NCBI GenBank assembly: GCA_003990765.1
Contig: RBNJ01000157.1
Span: 1 to 38,730 of the forward strand
Source of the DNA: Jimgerdemannia flammicorona
Lineage: Eukaryota
DNA: 38,730 nt
Reading direction: 5' to 3'
The position numbers were made by a program, and so were the translations under genes. Positions 37,301 to 38,730 of the stretch are shown here, piece by piece. The notes below the pieces were generated by a model. That model ran no database searches and had not been told where the DNA came from. It saw only the letters and a program-made list of their open reading frames with translations. Numbering within the stretch: the stretch's first letter is position 1; each line of letters starts with the position of its first letter.

Positions 37301-37586
37301 TAAAAATATTATTATAATATATAGATTTATTATCTAATTAATAATCATTATTATAAACCTATATAGTTAAATGAGAACTATTGAGTTATTCTTCTATATA
37401 TTAGAGTTCTCTATACAGAGAATAATCAGATAAAGACAATACTATATTTATCTCAAACTATATATACTATATATGTGATTATACTTTTATAGATATTATA
37501 ACTATCTCTATTATAGCCTAGATATATCTAAGATATTCTGCTGTCCAGTATATTAGAGCTTGACAGAGATATCAATAGTACTAATA

Positions 37587-38362
37587 TATCTCTTTCTCTG
37601 CTACTTTACTGGTTATAAGATTTGGTAGGTAACCTTTCAAGTCTCCTTTCTCCTATTATTACCTCCTTTATCTTAGATTAGTTTGTTATACTTATATAAG
37701 CATAGTGGAAGAAGGACAATAGTGAGGAGTTGTCTCTTTATCAGTATCAAATCAGTGTCTTCTTTACTTTTTCATAATTTCTAATACCTCTAGCTATATC
37801 TAGAGTATACTTATTTTAGTACAGCATCTTTGTTCTTTTGCTATTATCAATAAGATATCATCTCAGTATATCATGAGCTGCATAGGATATCAGCTAACCT
37901 TGGACATCAAGTGCTAGTATAGGTTATCTGCAGGTTATTCAGTATCTGTGATGGGGTTTCTAATAAGTATAGCACTAGTATAGGTGACTGTTTTTTTATA
38001 TATTATCAGAATGAGAGAGGAGATGGCTGTCATAGATAAGAGGAAAGATAATTATAATAAATCAGTAGGGTACTAGGCTGGGGACAGTTGTCAGAGTTGA
38101 GGCAAATATTATCTTAGTAGGGCTTTCTGATTGGCTGATAGAGAGTGGAGTGGTATAGGAGCTGGTATTCTGGCTATATTCAACTGAAACTGAGAGCTGA
38201 TATAGTAATATGATTGAGGTCTATAGGCTTAGAGAGTGAGATCTTTCTTATTTAGCAGTATCTGACTGGAATCAGGAGCTGATATAGCAATATAATCAAG
38301 GCCTGTAGGCTCAGAGAGTGAGAGTAGGGTCTTTTCTAGTCCTAGCCCATATATAAGTCCTT
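37587..38362. repeat. Repeat X, second uninterrupted copy (possibly part of an LTR; may extend further on both sides)
   Basis: Contiguous homolog of 22507-22802 plus 31648-32150. Differences are mostly transitions. Confidence 0.8.
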
Positions 38363-38730
38363 TACTTACTCACTTTGAATCTACTTTGCTTTCTGTTGAT
38401 TGATTGGGGGGTTTTTCTTTATCTCAGACTTTCTTTTGGAGTTTGGAGGGCTATTCTTTATTCAGTCCTAGCACTGCTAGATCTAATGCATAGATGTGCT
38501 CTTGTGTGTAGTCATGATGATCTAGCCCTGGTGAGTAGACAAGTCTGGTCTATGTCATGGGGGTCAGTATAGCTGGTGTTTGACAGGCATAGCTAGAGTG
38601 ATGGGACTGCCGAACAATTTAGTAATCTAGGTTAATAGGGAGATAATGTTTGGTGGGTGGTGGGGGAGGGTTTTGGCCTATATAGTCTAGGTTCCCTTCC
38701 AATAAAAATCTGCAGGACTATGAGTCTATA

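Overview
Eukaryotic, intron-rich fungal DNA. Protein style suggests Mucoromycota, possibly Endogonales; this taxonomy is inference only. The window has two compartments. (1) About 1-20.6 kb is GC-rich and gene-dense: M1 aminopeptidase (5' end outside the window), MET3 ATP sulfurylase, IMP3, a PhyH-like dioxygenase, mitoribosomal mL38/MRPL35, a GPI-type GH18 chitinase, a GPI-type CE4 chitin deacetylase and a delta-12 fatty acid desaturase, plus a 1-kb AT-rich relic. (2) About 20.87-38.7 kb is AT-rich and almost CpG-free, made of nested, C>T/G>A-hypermutated transposons: an inverted LTR fragment, a DD34E Tc1 element, a full-length 8.84-kb Ty3/gypsy element, a second gypsy RT relic, and MITE/hAT-like debris. 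The strongest novelty is the gypsy element. It has a Cys/His motif and a dUTPase in frame between protease and RT, about 1.6-kb LTRs whose U3 region carries a reconstructable ~275-codon ORF, and possibly a further ORF after integrase. It sits in a host that shows RIP-like transition hypermutation. Exon coordinates and alignments were done by eye and no database searches were run.
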